From Octopus sinensis (lineage: Eukaryota), in the NCBI RefSeq assembly GCF_006345805.1, contig NC_043018.1, forward strand, positions 11,780,001-11,844,000: DNA of 64,000 bases. Reading direction: 5' to 3'. Position 1 is the first letter of the stretch. The number at the start of each line of letters is the position of its first letter. Under the pieces are notes generated by a model. That model saw nothing but the letters and a program-made list of their open reading frames with translations, had not been told where the DNA came from and searched no databases. Of this stretch, positions 1-13,770 are shown piece by piece. The position numbers and the translations under genes were made by a program.

Positions 1-1160
1 ACCTAAAGACGAAGCTGTTTATTTAAGATCTACACTGGATATAAGTCCTACATTAAACTACTGCTCATCCATCTGAAGTGCTGCTATTACTTCGACTACC
101 TACACATTCTAGATGATATCTAAAATAAGGCCAACTGACCAATTGGTTAGGACTCCCTCACACCCCACTACAACAGCGTTCTCTCTGTCACTCCTACTGT
201 GTCAATAACTGTTTCTACACTTCTGGACAAACAAGTTATATATACTCACCCAAGCCTACAAATACTCTCACCTGCCTTCTCACTTACTCCCATCATGCCC
301 AGGGCCATTGCATGACTTTTAGAGGCCCCCTGCAACTTTTTGTTTCGAGGTCCCATCTCTTCAATCAAAATTCATAATCTATGCACCTTTTATTCATAGC
401 TATATTTTGTTTTATTCTATCTGAAGTTCAATATTTCACGTTATCCCAAAGAACATCTTTAAAAGTACAAGTTAAAATTCATTTAGGGCTGGAACTATCG
501 TATCATTTCATGTTTAGGAAGGCCAACATTTAATTGGGCTGAATATTTATGTGATGGACTCACAAATATCAGAAGACAAGCCTTTCAAAATAACAACTGT
601 GAACTCCATTCTGTTCAGAAATAGCAAGTGTTGTCACTGCACTTATCGCTTAATTTCATTTCCCTGAAACTATCACAACTTATTTTTGTTTGTGCTTTTG
701 CATTAAATAGTGATTTGTAAAAATTGAAAATCTTTAAACAGTTTAGTTCTAAAATAATAATCAAAATAATAATAACTAGCTGGACCCATGAAAAATTCAT
801 GGAAAACATAAAAAATGTAAGCATCTTTAAATTGCGAGCTGGTGCCATGAGAACTGTTTCTATATTGTTACACTTACAGAATATAGAAAGAAGTGGTAAA
901 ACCGATAACTAAATAATCCAACCAAAATATCTGTTATGCAAATGTAAACAGAATGACTATTTAGTACATATTCAAAGAACCTTCTTGGTTTAGCGGTATG
1001 GAATATTCTTCCGGTATTCTTTTACTTGTTTCAGTCATTTTATGTTGACCATGCTGGAGCACTGACCTTTAGTCGAAGAAATCGACCCCTGGACTTATTC
1101 CCTGTAAGCTGAGTGCTTATTCTATCAGACTCTTCTGCTGAACAGCTAAGTTACGGGGAC

Positions 1161-1191
<31 letters not shown>

Positions 1192-2121
1192 AATATATAC
1201 ATATGACGGACTTCTTTCAGTTTTCCGTCTCCCAAATTCATTCAAGAGGCTTTGGTCAACCCGAGGGTATAATAGAAGACACTCTTTAAAGTATTGAATT
1301 TCGTGTAGCCACCTGTTGGCAACTTTGGCACTCATTTTGTAGTGGGTATTACCCATTTTTCTGGGCTCTTTTCACAGCTATACCCCGTTCGAAATTTGCA
1401 TTAATTTTTGTATGAAAAGAAAAAAAAAAGGGAACAGGGCTTGTTTATTGCTTGTAGAGAAAACGTTAAATGTGCCTCAAAAAAAAAACAAAAACACAAA
1501 AAAAACATGGTCTTTCCTCCGAACTACAAGACATGAAGAACTATCAAACAAAGCAAATAAGTATCATGGGTGGGGGAAATAAGAGAGAACTGACACTCGA
1601 TCATTCTAGAACTCCCAGAATAAAAACGTTAACACATGAAAGACCTTTCTTCTATTCATTACTAAATGTCTTTCTCTCTTCTTCATTGTTAAAAGAAAAG
1701 ATCCATCATATTTCAGTCTAATTGTCTTCGTAAATGACTGATGCTTTCCTTCCTCTGTCTCTATTGCTTCACTCCTTTTCTCTTCGGTTAAGAGAGTGAA
1801 GGTGCGTGGCTCAGTTGTTAGGGGTATTTGGCCCACAATCGTAGTTTTGATATATGTGCCAAGGCCACTTTCCAAAACATCAATGCCAGTGCTCAACTGG
1901 TACAATAGGTCATTTTATTAACCTTGGAAGGATGAAAGGTAAAGTTGACAATGGCAGAATTTGAACTCAGAAAGTAAAACTGGAAGAAATTCTACCGAAC
2001 AGTTTGTCAGTGATTCAGTCAGTTAGCAACAACAACAATTACAACCTTTTACAAAATAGGCAATTGAATAAGGGTCCCTGTACAAAACCTTAAAGCATCA
2101 TGTTTTACACTAAATACCTAC

Positions 2122-2202
2122 CTTGGCTTTGTCAGCCAAATTACTGGTCATGAATTCATCAGGAATTCCACGAAACTGTTCCCGGAGTTTTGTCTGAACA
2201 TC
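2122..2202 (-). CDS. SNX8: Sorting nexin-8 exon 7 (DVQTKLREQFRGIPDEFMTSNLADKAK); BAR-domain exons lie beyond the window start
   Basis: 81 nt, phase 0/0, CAG acceptor and GTAGG donor; resembles the SNX8 PX-BAR linker (DVQ.KL.E.....DEF). Confidence 0.9.
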
Positions 2203-2660
2203 CTGTGAGAGGGGAAAATGAAATTAATTTTATCCTTTCATATATTTTAAAATTTAAAAAGAACAAATGGAGGGAAAAACAGGATGTGTGGAATCAAGCA
2301 TCTGTAACTGTGGTCTTCAGGTATTCTTTTCTTTACTCATTTCAGATGGAGGCACCGCTTCCAAGGGCCGTAGCTGATCACAGAATTGACCCCCAGTGTT
2401 TCTTTCAGAGGCTTGTACTTAGATTATCAAACACTATTTATTGGCTAACTCAATTAGAGGACAGCCACACAGCAATGCCTAACCTAAGAAATAATGAAAT
2501 TGTTTGTGTACAATTAAAAAGTAGCAAGAAATTACAATGTAGATTCTTGTTGTTTAATAGCAAGTCAGCTCTCATTGAGCTGATTTATAATCAAAGGCAC
2601 TCCAACCATGAGCATCCTTTAGGTGTACTCACATTATTGTACATCTACATAATGATTCAG

Positions 2661-2974
2661 TGGAGGCACATGGCCTAGTGGTTAGAGCAGCGGACTCATG
2701 GTTGAGGGACCGCAGGTTCGAATCTCAGACCGGCCGATGTGTGTGTTTATGAGAAAAACACCAAAGCTTCACGCAGCTCTGGCAGAAAGTAATGGTGAAC
2801 TTCTGCTGACTCTTTCGCCACAACTTTCTCTCACTCTTTCCTCCTGCATCTTGCAGCTCACCTGTGACGGACCGGCATCCCGTCCAGGTGGGGAACCTAT
2901 ATGCCAAGGAAACCGGGAAACCGGCCCTTATGAGCCAGGCATGGCTCGAGAAGGAAGAAACAAACAACAACAAC
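2661..2974 (+). mobile_element. tRNA-derived SINE with V-domain-like core and (CAA)n tail
   Basis: A box TGGCCTAGTGG, B box GGTTCGAATC, CCTGTGACGGACCGGCATCCCGTCCAGG...GAAACCGGGA. Confidence 0.85.
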
Positions 2975-4045
2975 ATAATGATTCTCTCATAACAACTTTG
3001 GCAAGTACAGTGAAGTGTATGCCTTGCTAATGGGGTCAAATAAGGTGAAAGCCTGAGCACAGTTGTTTCCTCTACTTGCCAAAATAATTAAAATAATATT
3101 AGTCTGTGTTAATTAGTAAACTCCTGTTGTGATTGGGAAACATAACAAAGCAATGGTGTCAATAGTGACAAGGACAACAACAATGACGATGAATTTTCAC
3201 CTATAAACTGCTGAGACATGGCAATCTGTGTTCTTGCACTTTTCCCAGTCATCGGACTGGAGTAAGCGACAATAACTTTAAGACTAAAGTTGCCAACAGA
3301 ACCCAAATTCTGACAGGTACAATGAGAGGCAAAGTAGACCTGGGCAGGATTTGAAATTGGAAAGTAGCCAAATACCAACAAGTATTTTGTTATACATTTC
3401 ACCAACTCTGTCATCCATCGAAATTGGAAATAATAATCATCTACAAGAAAGGACTTCCAGATGAATCAAAGATATTGGTTCTTTCCAAATGATAACAGAA
3501 CAAAGTAAATATATCTACTTTTTAGATCACAAGCTGATATAATAGGGAAAAAGCAGATAAAGTCATTCACCTAGAATAAATATTTTCCCTATAAATTTGA
3601 TTCACCAAGTTACCAGTTATTGTTTTACAATAATGATTATATATATATATATATAAAATATATAGACTGGTAGGAAACAGTAAATAATTGTTTCTAATAG
3701 AGGCACAAGGCCTGAAATTTGGGAATAAGTAGTTAGTTGGATGCCATCATCCCTAGTACTTTTATTTTATCAACCTTGGAAGGATGAAAGGCAAAGCTGG
3801 CCACAACGGAATGTAGAACACAGAATGTAAAGAACAAAGGTCACAAACCATTTTTTTCTGATGCTCTGTGGTTCTGCCAGTTCATCACTTTAAGTGAAGC
3901 AAATAATGACTACCACAACACAGAATTATTATTATTATTATTATTATTGATTATTCAAAGAATAGAGCAAAGAAAATTGTCTAAATGGATACAAGGGTGA
4001 AAAGGAGAGAAAGAAGAGAAAAATGTATTACAGACTTTGACTTAC

Positions 4046-4167
4046 CGAACCAACAAATGTAAGAAAACATTCAAATAACTTATCATTATGCATACGAGGA
4101 TGTCGGCCAATAATGTTAAGGTAGCGACGTAATGACTTCCTGCGATGCTCAATGAATTCACGATTGG
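4046..4167 (-). CDS. SNX8: Sorting nexin-8 exon 6 (ANREFIEHRRKSLRRYLNIIGRHPRMHNDKLFECFLTFVGS)
   Basis: C-terminal PX motif REFIE.RR..L.R.L....RHP; CAG acceptor and GTAAG donor; in phase. Confidence 0.95.
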
Positions 4168-4229
4168 CTGGAATGAAATGGAAAATTGTTTACGATTAAA
4201 AATAAGGAGAAAAAGGATTTCTTTGTTAA

Positions 4230-5060
4230 ATTTAGTACTTATTTTGGGAATTTATCAACGATTGACCATGCAAATGAAAGCACTAAACACGGGCTACATG
4301 TAGCTGTAAATTTCTTTCAGAAAAAATGAAAACGGTAAACAATAAAAGATAAAAGGTAAAAATATGTAAAAATGAGAAACCGCCCCTTAAACTGTTCCCA
4401 TCCCAAAATGAGACAAATAACCAAGAAATCAAACAACTTTATCGCATTTCAGCTTTATAGATATTGATTGCCGTCACTAATGTCTAGGGGTTGATGACAA
4501 TAATATATTAAGATTAGTGGGAATATTTAAACTTTTTGCAGCTGTCAACGCTTTCTCTCTATAGATACAGACAGACATACAGTGAGTGAGGTGGTGGGAG
4601 AAAGAGTGACAGAGAGATGGTGAAGCTGTCAAACGTTATAGAGAGAAAGTGAAGGGAAGGAAGGAAAGAGAGAGATGGAGGAAGACAGGGTGATATGTGA
4701 AAGAGAGAAACGACAAACACTTGTCAAAGTGTGGGTTTTGTTGCCCTAGTAACCACAACTTTTGAGATATGGGTTTCTAACTTAGTCCACTCACTTTGTC
4801 GCATCTTTTTACATGTCCCTGTAAATTTTGGAGACAATCTGACCCCATCTAGTGCCCATTAACCCGTTCCAATCCCAAAATGAAACAAACTTTTCGCATT
4901 TCAGCTTTATAAGTATTGACTAGCTTAAGGTGACCCTCTCTACGCACGGTTGTGGTTGTTACTTTCTGTTTCTTATCGCCACATTCTCCCTCTTTGTTTC
5001 TCTCTCCTTTCTCACTGTGTGTGACAAAAGTTTTCCAGACAATGGACATAGATAAAATAA
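4230..5060 (+). mobile_element. Tandem Helitron/HINE-like relics
   Basis: Repeated end motif CCCAAAATGA..CAAA..TCGCATTTCAGCTTTATA..TATTGA at ~4400-4470 and ~4870-4920, followed by an ACTAGC..GACCC..GCACGG start motif. Confidence 0.4.
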
Positions 5061-5458
5061 GAACAGTAATAAACGAGTGAAGAATGATTATGTAATGTGT
5101 GTGTGTTTATTTGACAAGAAAAAAAAACAAAACAAAACAATCTTGAAACAATTCTTGTTTGGAATGGTGGAATTCAAAAGTTGATAAAAAGCTCCTATGA
5201 TGTCAGCAACAATTAATTCTCTCTCATAGGAATATAGTTTCTAAAATGAATAGAGAAATTTGAAGAATTACTTTGGTCCAGCAGTAGAACATCTGCCATA
5301 TCTACAAGAGATGTGGGTTCATGTCCCACAGGTGGCCTTCAGATTTTTCTCTCAATGATGTTACAAGACAACAGTCTGGTTTGCAAATATTTGAAAAAGA
5401 AAAAAAATTCTTGTCCCTAGAGCCAATGCTTTTGATGGCTGCCGGCTTGGTCTAGACT

Positions 5459-5686
5459 TTAACCCTTTAGCATTCAAACAGGCCATATCTGGTTCAAATG
5501 TTTGATCTATTTTATGTTCAAGCAGGCCAGATCCCGCCTCTCACACCTACCCTACAGTGTCATTCTAAACGTAGACAATCACATCATCAAAATCACGAAG
5601 CTATGAGATAATGCAGAATTAATTTGAAATAATGTGGGTAAATAAGCATTACAATTGATGAATTAAGGTGAATGCTAAAGAGTTAA
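5459..5686. mobile_element. piggyBac-type MITE
   Basis: TTAA-CCCTTTAGCATTCA ... TGAATGCTAAAGAG-TTAA. Confidence 0.8.
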
Positions 5687-7231
5687 AGAATAAAAATTGA
5701 TGACAGAATTGTAACCAAAATTAGAATTTGACTGACAATAGATTAATACCACAAGCGGAATGGATTGAGAGATTGTGTTTTCTGGGCATCTCTCTGCATG
5801 GAGCAATATTATTAGAGCAGAGGCCAAGCCGAAACTGGAACAAAATCTGAGTGTTATCGAGATCAGTAGTTTTTGTCTTTTAAAATTAATTCTGAAGGAT
5901 AAAAATCTAGTTTGAGATACAAATCAGTGGACTCAGAACTTGTTAATAGCAAATATTAATTATTGTTCAAAAGCAAATATCAATTATTGCTCTTTTGGCC
6001 TCTATCAACAAATCTACAATCCATCTGAGTTCAGTAATGTCTGTCAATATGTAGAATAAATTTCTAGAAAACGTTGAGTACTGGTGATGGTGCCATGTAA
6101 AAAGCACCCAGTATGCTCTGTGAAGTGGTTGGCATGAGGAATGGATCTCCAGCTGTAGAAACGAAGCCAAAACAGACTAAGGGACCTGGTGTGGTCCCTA
6201 GCTTTGCTAGCTCCTATCAAGCTGTCCAACCCATGCCAGCATAGAAAATGGACATTAAATGACAATGTGAAAAAAAAACTTTTACTTTTTACTTCTATTT
6301 TAACAAACTAATTAAGGGTGGAAGTGGATTAGTGTCCCTGATCTTTGCAAGCTCTCTCAGGAATATTTTACTCACACAATTGTTTGCAAGAAAGCAAGAA
6401 ATTAATTAGCTACAACAATGTAATTACGTATTTAAAAAAAAAAGAAAGAACTGCAATATATCTACACAATCTGATAATATGATATAATACTTTATGTAAC
6501 ACATCAACCAGTACCAGTGTGTACAGGTCAGAATTTAAGAACAATAGTAAACTCAGGATATCTTAGCAGTTAATTCATAAAAATAACTCCAGGCCTGGTT
6601 GTATCGTTAAGAAATTCACTTTCCAACCAAGTGATTTCAGGTTCAGTCTCACTGTATGGCCCCTTCTGTTATATTCCAGGATCAGTTTGCTGATTAGATT
6701 TGGGACACAGTAACTGGTATGTGTGTGTGTGTGTGTGTGTGTCTCCTTGTTTAGACATCACTTGCTAACTGTAAACAAGCATTACCATCGTATACCATGG
6801 GGCAATAAAAATTCTGGGTTCCACAAGAAATAAAAAGTGAATTAGTTTTTGTGTTTTGAGGACAGCTAAAATGGCCTTCGAACAATGCAGTTACATTTGA
6901 ACAAACGTAATGTAAACTTAGTTGTTCCTAAAAAGACAGCATGGTCTCAGCTGTTCTAGTTGAGTTTGATTTTAGGCCTGCCTGCTCAGGGCTAAACAAC
7001 AACAGCTTAGTAATAGTGAGATCTAACATTGGTACAAGGTCAATCTGACTTTTCTGCACACGATTAGCACCAATATCATTAACCATGAGATGAAAAAATG
7101 ACAATATTCAAATTAAGAATGCTGAAGACTGACAGACAAAACTGGGGCCCTAACATCCGTCATTCAGCCATGATTTCAAAGGAATAAAAAAAAAACCAAC
7201 AACAAAAAACAAAACAAACCAAGACACTCAC

Positions 7232-7349
7232 CGCCCATCATTTTCTTTGGAGGTAACCTGGGGATCATTCGGTAAGGAAACCGCATCATTAACATTTCGT
7301 TGATTACTAAGAAATCATTGTATCGACGTAGAACTGTACTGTGAAATTT
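7232..7349 (-). CDS. SNX8: Sorting nexin-8 exon 5 (KFHSTVLRRYNDFLVINEMLMMRFPYRMIPRLPPKKMMG)
   Basis: PX motifs RRYNDF and FPYRM.P.LPPK; CAG acceptor and GTGAGT donor. Confidence 0.95.
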
Positions 7350-7800
7350 CTGAAAGTAAAACAATATAAAAGTCAAAACTATATATTTCATTGATATTTG
7401 ATTAAGGCCACAAATTTTGAGGTGGAGTGTAAAGGATTTAAATTTGCCTGAAGGTGGCACTGGTGCTTAGTTTATTGATACCAGCAGAAAGACCGACACA
7501 TTTGATGAAAATGAATCAGTTTTTTGTGTTTTTTAGGATAGCTAAAATGGCTCTCCAACAATGTAATTGCTTTTAACAAACATAAGATAATTTGTGTCAA
7601 TTTTTCAATTATGATTTTTCTTTGTATCCTTTGTCTAATAGTACACACTCAGTAAATATTTCTTTCATTATTTTATTGTAGTACTAATCGCCCATTTAAC
7701 CTTTTAGCATTCAGATTACTCTGTCAAATGTGAGGCTTGTTTATTAATATTGTTTTCAATTAATCATACATTATCTTATAGCTCAGAAATTTTTATAGCT

Positions 7801-8620
7801 CATCAAATCTGGTATTATTCCTCAATTAAGGCAATCCTGTAGCTGTTCCCCCAGCCACCCATGTAGACTACTAAATTTCTTTAACCAGTACCCTTGAACT
7901 AAATCTGGTCCCAGGCCCATCCAATTCAGCATTTTTCCTAACACTTTACTCATTAATGCACTAATTAGTCTTAGATTTGGCTACTTCTCATTCACTACTT
8001 CTTCTCTCACTTTCTGTAACCATACTGCATCTCCATTATGATTGACTGGATTATCCCAAATACTACTCCAGAACTTTCTATCTTCTTCTGCGTTAGGTTT
8101 CTCATCTTCAGTACTTTCTTCTCCACTATTTGTTTAATTATAAAATCTCTTCTGGTCTGTCTCAAAATAATCTATTCTGTTGATACTGATCTATTCTTTT
8201 CTTATATCCAGAAAGCTTACCTACTACAGCTATGATATGCTGTTTCAACTCTTCTATGATTGCCCCAAATCCTTTTTCATTGACTAAGTATCTACTTTCC
8301 TAAAGGTGGTGAGCTGGCAGAAATGTTAGCATGTTGGGCGAAATGCTAAGCGGCATTTCATCTGTCTTTACGTTCTGAGTTCAAATTTCACCAAGGCCGA
8401 CAAATTAAGCACCAGTTGCATACTGGGGTCGATTTAATTGACTGCCCCACCACCACCACCAAAAAGTGCCTAGAGTAGAAAAGAATATACTTTCCAAGTC
8501 ATTTCTAGAAGTTGCTTCTGTTGGTAGCTTTTAATGTTGGCAATCGTTTTCTTCTTTACTCATTACTTCCTGCAACTCATCTAAGATCTTCTTTACTTAA
8601 ATTGCTGGTGCCGTTTGTCC
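7801..8620 (-). mobile_element. Decayed R4/Dong-clade fragment of the same family as 58048-59620, interrupted by a SINE at ~8300-8490
   Basis: 7805-8150 aligns by eye with 59270-59610. Confidence 0.75.
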
Positions 8621-9609
8621 CTTCCTTATTGACAGTGGTTAGTGGACATTAAACGATGATGATGATGATGATGATTTGTGAAGAGAGACCAAGAAACAGA
8701 GGCACAGAGTGTTGTTTCTATACACCACTTGAAGTATCTTTCCTCCATGCCGCCTGGATTTGCAAGGTTTGCAATACTGTTGGGACAACTACCCTGGTCC
8801 CACATAATACCTTTTTGCAATCAGGGGATGTATTATTTGAGAAGTAGTAATATAACTTTCATATAATTTTCTGAGGAGAAAGCGACACAACTCGTGATCT
8901 TTGTAAGTCCTCCTATTGAAACCGACTCCTCTGATCTTCAGTTTGAACGTCTGTTGTAATTCAATGTTTGCAGAAGAGAAAAACAAACTATGAATAAAAA
9001 GATTATTGAAAATGTTGATGAAGCTAAAGGGGGAAAATCTTTGGTGAAGCTGAAATCAGGAGATGCCCAGTTTTAAATGACAAAAAGTAAATATCTGTCC
9101 ACTTTTAAGCATAAGATTAAAGCAGGTAAGGTGAAGGTATTATATGGAAAATTCCTTTCATACATATACACAGGCACAAGTGTTGCTGTGTAAGTAAGAA
9201 GTTTGCTTTCCAACTACATAGTTTTAGGTTCAACCCCACAGCATGGCACCTTAGGCAAATGCCTATTACCACAGCTCCAGTCTGACCAAAGAGCCTGGTG
9301 AGTGAATCTGGAAAATGGAAACTGAAAGAAGTGTGTGTGTGTGTGTGTTCATGTCTCCTTGTCTTCACAATATAAAATAGTTGTACATGAATATCACCAT
9401 GTTATAAACAGTGTCATTCATTTCCAATCTTCTGTAAAAACATGTCCAGCTATAGGAAAATACTACCTCATTTGGCAACAGGTGAGGGTCGGCGACAGGA
9501 AAGGCATCCAACTTTAGAAAATCTGTCTCAATGATTTGTAAGCAGGGAAAAGTGGATGTTATGATATTGATGATGCTGATTAAAAAAAAAGGAGAAATAA
9601 AATAATTAC

Positions 9610-9803
9610 CTGGCTTGTGATTTCATATTCAACATGTTTTAATATTAAACCTTTCTTTTCAGGCACCAGTTCCACTTTAATGTTTTCGAGGTCGTACAAC
9701 TCAGAGTACGTATAATTAAGAATTGTGGGAGACATGTCTCGTCTTAAATGAATGCAGAAAGCTTTCAAATCACTTAAATCACCGAGTGTAGGTTTAGGTA
9801 GTT
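9610..9803 (-). CDS. SNX8: Sorting nexin-8 exon 4 (ELPKPTLGDLSDLKAFC...IKVELVPEKKGLILKHVEYEITSQ), start of PX domain
   Basis: TTCAG acceptor, GTAATT donor; VELVPEKKGL.LKHVEYE is the SNX8/Mvp1 PX signature; phase matches exon 3. Confidence 0.93.
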
Positions 9804-9837
9804 CTGAAATTGAAAATCAAAAAGATAATGATAATAA

Positions 9838-10990
9838 TCATTTCTACTATAGACACAAGGGATGAAATTTGGGTGAGGGGAATGCATCAACCCCAGTACT
9901 CGACTGGTACTTATTTTATCAACCCCAAAAGGATGAAAGGCAAAGTTGACCATAGTGGAATTTGAACTCAGAATGTAGCAATGGGCAAAATACTGCTAAG
10001 CATTTTGTCCAGCGCCACCTTAATAATAATTTCAAATATTGCCACAAGGGCAGCAATTTTAGGGGAGTGGATGAGTCGATTATATCAACCCGTGTTCAAC
10101 TGGTACTTAATTTATCGACCCCGAAAGAATGAAAGGCAAAGTTGACCTTGGTGGAATTTGAACTCAGAACATCAAGGCGGACAAAATGCCACTAAGCATT
10201 TCGCTCGTGTGCTAACAATTCTGCCAGCTTGCCACCTTAATAATAATAATCCTTTCTACTATAGGTACAAGGCTTGAAATTTGGGGGAGGGGGATAGTCG
10301 ATTTCATTGACCTCAGTATTTCACTGATACTTAACCATGAAAGGATGAAAGGCAAAGCTGACCTCAGCGTAATTTGAACTCAGACTGTAGCATGGGCAAA
10401 ATACTGCTATTTATTTCGTACTGAGTGCTAATGATTCTGCCAGCTCACCACCTTAATAATGATTGTAGTAGGTGTAGTAGTAGTAGTAGAAGAAAAGCCA
10501 GCAATTTTAAAGAAGTGAGTTACTTGATTAAATTGACCCTGAAACTTAATTGGTTCTTATTTTACTAATCCCAAAGGGATGAGAGGAAAAGTTGATCCCA
10601 GAGGGATTTGAATTCAGAAAGAAGAGCAGCAAGAAATACAACAAAGCATTTTTTTTGATGCTCTACAAGTTTTTGTGGCTTCTTAATAATAATAATTCTC
10701 TACTAAAGGCACAAGGCCTGACATTTGGGGGAGGGGGTGCCAGTCGATTACATCGACTCCAGCATTTAACTGGTACTTATTGACCCTGAAAGAATGAAAA
10801 GCAAGGTCAACCTCAGTGGAATTTGAACTCAGAAAATAAAGTCAAACAAAATAGTGCTAAGCATTTTGCCTAGTGCATAACTGGTACTGATTTAATTGAT
10901 CCTGAATTTGAACTAAGAACATAGCGATGGCCAAAATGCTGCTAAGCATTTCATTCAACATGCTTACCATTCTGCCAGCTCACTGCAATA
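9838..10990 (-). mobile_element. Head-to-tail cluster of ~6 tRNA-derived SINEs (Meta-domain-like) separated by (TAA)n
   Basis: Recurring GGATGAAAGGCAAAGTTGACC..GGAATTTGAACTCAG units, several ending ..CCACCT-TAATAATAAT. Confidence 0.85.
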
Positions 10991-11439
10991 ATAGTACTAA
11001 GCTGCATGCAGTGGTAAGGCTTGTGTTTGGGAGTTGTGCATTTGTGGGGAGGATGGAGTTATCCCTTAATTACCATTACATCCAGGTATGTTCTGACCCG
11101 GAACAGTAGGAGTTAGGGTCAGGGTTTCGTCATACATTAACCTTTCAACATCTTGCATAAAGCAACCACTCTTATTCTCCGCCTCAGCCAAAGAGTTTTT
11201 TTAGTTTTGTGAGTTACAAAGCAAACTCAACTAGTATTGGTGTCATGAAAACATGTACCAAGTACACCTGAAAGGTAGTTGGTGTTCGGAAAGACATCAG
11301 TTGTGGAAAACATACCAAGAGTGACACGGTGGAGCAAGACGGTCCTCCAGCTGGTTTCCAGGCTGGAATGGTTAACCCATACAAGAGCAGAAAAGGTGGA
11401 TAGGTAGGGAAGTGTGCTAGAGTGGAAAATATGTGATAA

Positions 11440-11991
11440 TCTCTTCTATAAAATCCGTTCTGTCTGTCTGTGTGTCTTCTCGGATCTCGGGCATCCTCCA
11501 TCCGGTTGCACTCAAATTTGATATGTAGATACCTACGCTATCAGGGTGTGTATAAGTCTTGAAAAAATTACAAAAATCGATTCCAGGTGAGAATGCGATC
11601 GATAAAGCCGTTTTTGTCCTGCTTTTCTTCCATCAACCTGTACATAACTGCACCTTCCATTTTTTTGTTGTTTTTGTACTGCTTAAAGGCACGTTTCTTT
11701 CCTGCCAAGCTTACTGTTTAAACCACGTTTGTGTTCTCCCAGTGAACAGCCTTATCATTACTGGTACTTTAAACTCCTCGATTGCATATTTGTGTGAATA
11801 AAATCGTTTTTCTTTGGAATAGAAGAAAAGTCTATCTTTATTTCTTCTTTTGCTGGTGTCTCAAATTTAGGCTAAATCAGAGTTTCTCAAAGGGGAGGCA
11901 GGCCTATGGGACAGTCGGACAAGTTGTTTTGAGAAAATTTGGTTTAAATGTTTGACAACTCAGCACCATCCATTGGACGGGGGTTTGCTCG
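11440..11991 (+). mobile_element. Non-autonomous Helitron/DINE-like element
   Basis: 5' TCTATAAAATCCG + GTCTGTCTGT microsatellite; 3' short hairpin (CCATCC/GGACGG) before GCTCGT (CTAG-like). Confidence 0.5.
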
Positions 11992-13619
11992 TGATGTCAA
12001 AACTTCTACTTTTGGCACAAGGCCAGTAATTTTAGGGGATTACATCACTCTCTGGACTGGTGCTTTATTTTAACAACCCCAACAGGTTGAAAGACAAAGT
12101 TGACCTCAGTGGGATTTGAACTCAGAACATAAAGAGCTGAAATGCTAAGCATTTTGTCTGATATGTTATCAATGCTGTCACCTCACCAACTTAATAAGCA
12201 CATCTACAGTTGCAGCTACCTTACGTGTCCTAAGCTACAACTTCTCTATGCCTGTACAGCTATAGCAAGCTAGTGACTCTATCATGCAATTATTTTCCAC
12301 TGATAGAGCTGGCCTCACAGATAATTACAACAACCTTTAACTGACCTTGTTAAAGAAAGTCTAACAACAAAAAGACGAAATATAGACAACTGCTAGGGAA
12401 ATCTCTCTGATATTGCACTGATATGTTAAACTTTGAAGCTTAAAAGTTCAAAAGATAAGAAATGATCACTAAAAGTCATAAGAGTTATGAACAAGAAATA
12501 AAATCAATTTATAAATGGTTTTATTGTTTTCAGTTACTTATTTTATCGTATTATCACATCATTAGTTTTACAAGAGTTTTACAATTGGTTTTAAAAATTA
12601 TTAACAATACAGAGAATATCATTACAATAGTGATAGTGGAGAAACTACCTTTGTGGTATTCAGTTAAAGGTTTGTTTGCTCCGAGTTCAAATCCTATGGA
12701 GATCAATTTTGCTTTTCACCCTTTGGGGGTTAATAAGATAAAGTACCAGTTAAATGCACATGATGATTTAATTACGTAACCCTACTTCTTTGAATGTTGC
12801 CTTGTGCCTACGAGAGAAATTATGACATAAGAGATGCAACGAAGCCGTGCGATTAAGAAGTTTGCTTCCGAACCTGGAGGTTTTAGATTCAGTCCAACAG
12901 TATGAGACTCTGGACAATTGTTCTACTAAAGCTCTAGGCTTACCAAAACCACCGGAGGGAATTTGGTTGCTGGAAACTAAAAGAAACTTATCATATATGA
13001 TGATGATCATCATCATCATTTAGCATCCGTTTTCCATGGTAGCATGGGTTGGACAGTTCAACTGGAGTCTGGGAAGCCGGAAGGCTTCATCAGGCCCAGT
13101 CAGATCTGGCAGTGTTTCTACGGCTGGATGCCCTTCCTAACGCCAACCACTGTGTGTGTTTACATTTTCATTCTGCAGCAGAAGCCGCTCATTACCAACG
13201 ACTCTGCTATTGTTGTTGTTGCTTCAGCCGTCAAACCATTTACTCCTCTTCTGCCTCCAAATTGAAAAATAATCTCTTCTCGTTCTCCTCTTTCCATCCT
13301 TTCCTTTCTCTGAATCATCAGCCTTCTTCCCAGAACCATCTCTCTTTCATGCTTCTTCTCTCTTCTCCCCCCCCTTCCACAGATCATTTTCCTTCTTACT
13401 GGAACTACCTTCGTTCCATGTTTCTCCCCTCGTTTTTCTCTTCTTTCCTCCACTCCATTCTGTCTACTTCCATCAGTCTCCCCCATCAAGTACTTCTAAG
13501 TAAAAGGAAATGAAGTGGTGGTTTCCCCCAACTTTAAAAATAAGATTTGTTTGCTAATGAGAAGAGCATTTCAAAAATGGCAACAAAATGCCAATTAAAA
13601 TCTTTTTACTTTTTCACTC

Positions 13620-13659
13620 TGTGTGTGTGTGTGTGTGTGTGTGTTGTGTGTATATATAT

Positions 13660-13691
<32 letters not shown>

Positions 13692-13739
13692 ACATATATA
13701 TATATATACATATATATATATACCTATATATATATATAC

Positions 13740-13770
<31 letters not shown>

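Noticed and set aside
1-300. Possible CR1/L2-type 3' remnant or further SNX8 exon
   Set aside because: Too degraded to assign; no in-phase exon with splice sites resembling the BAR domain was found between 1 and 2121.
2661-2735. tRNA gene (A and B boxes)
   Set aside because: No complete cloverleaf; it runs on into a SINE body and tail, with a second copy at 35034-35336.
8690-8980. Possible piggyBac transposase relic on the minus strand
   Set aside because: Only faint motif resemblance across frames; not supportable by eye.
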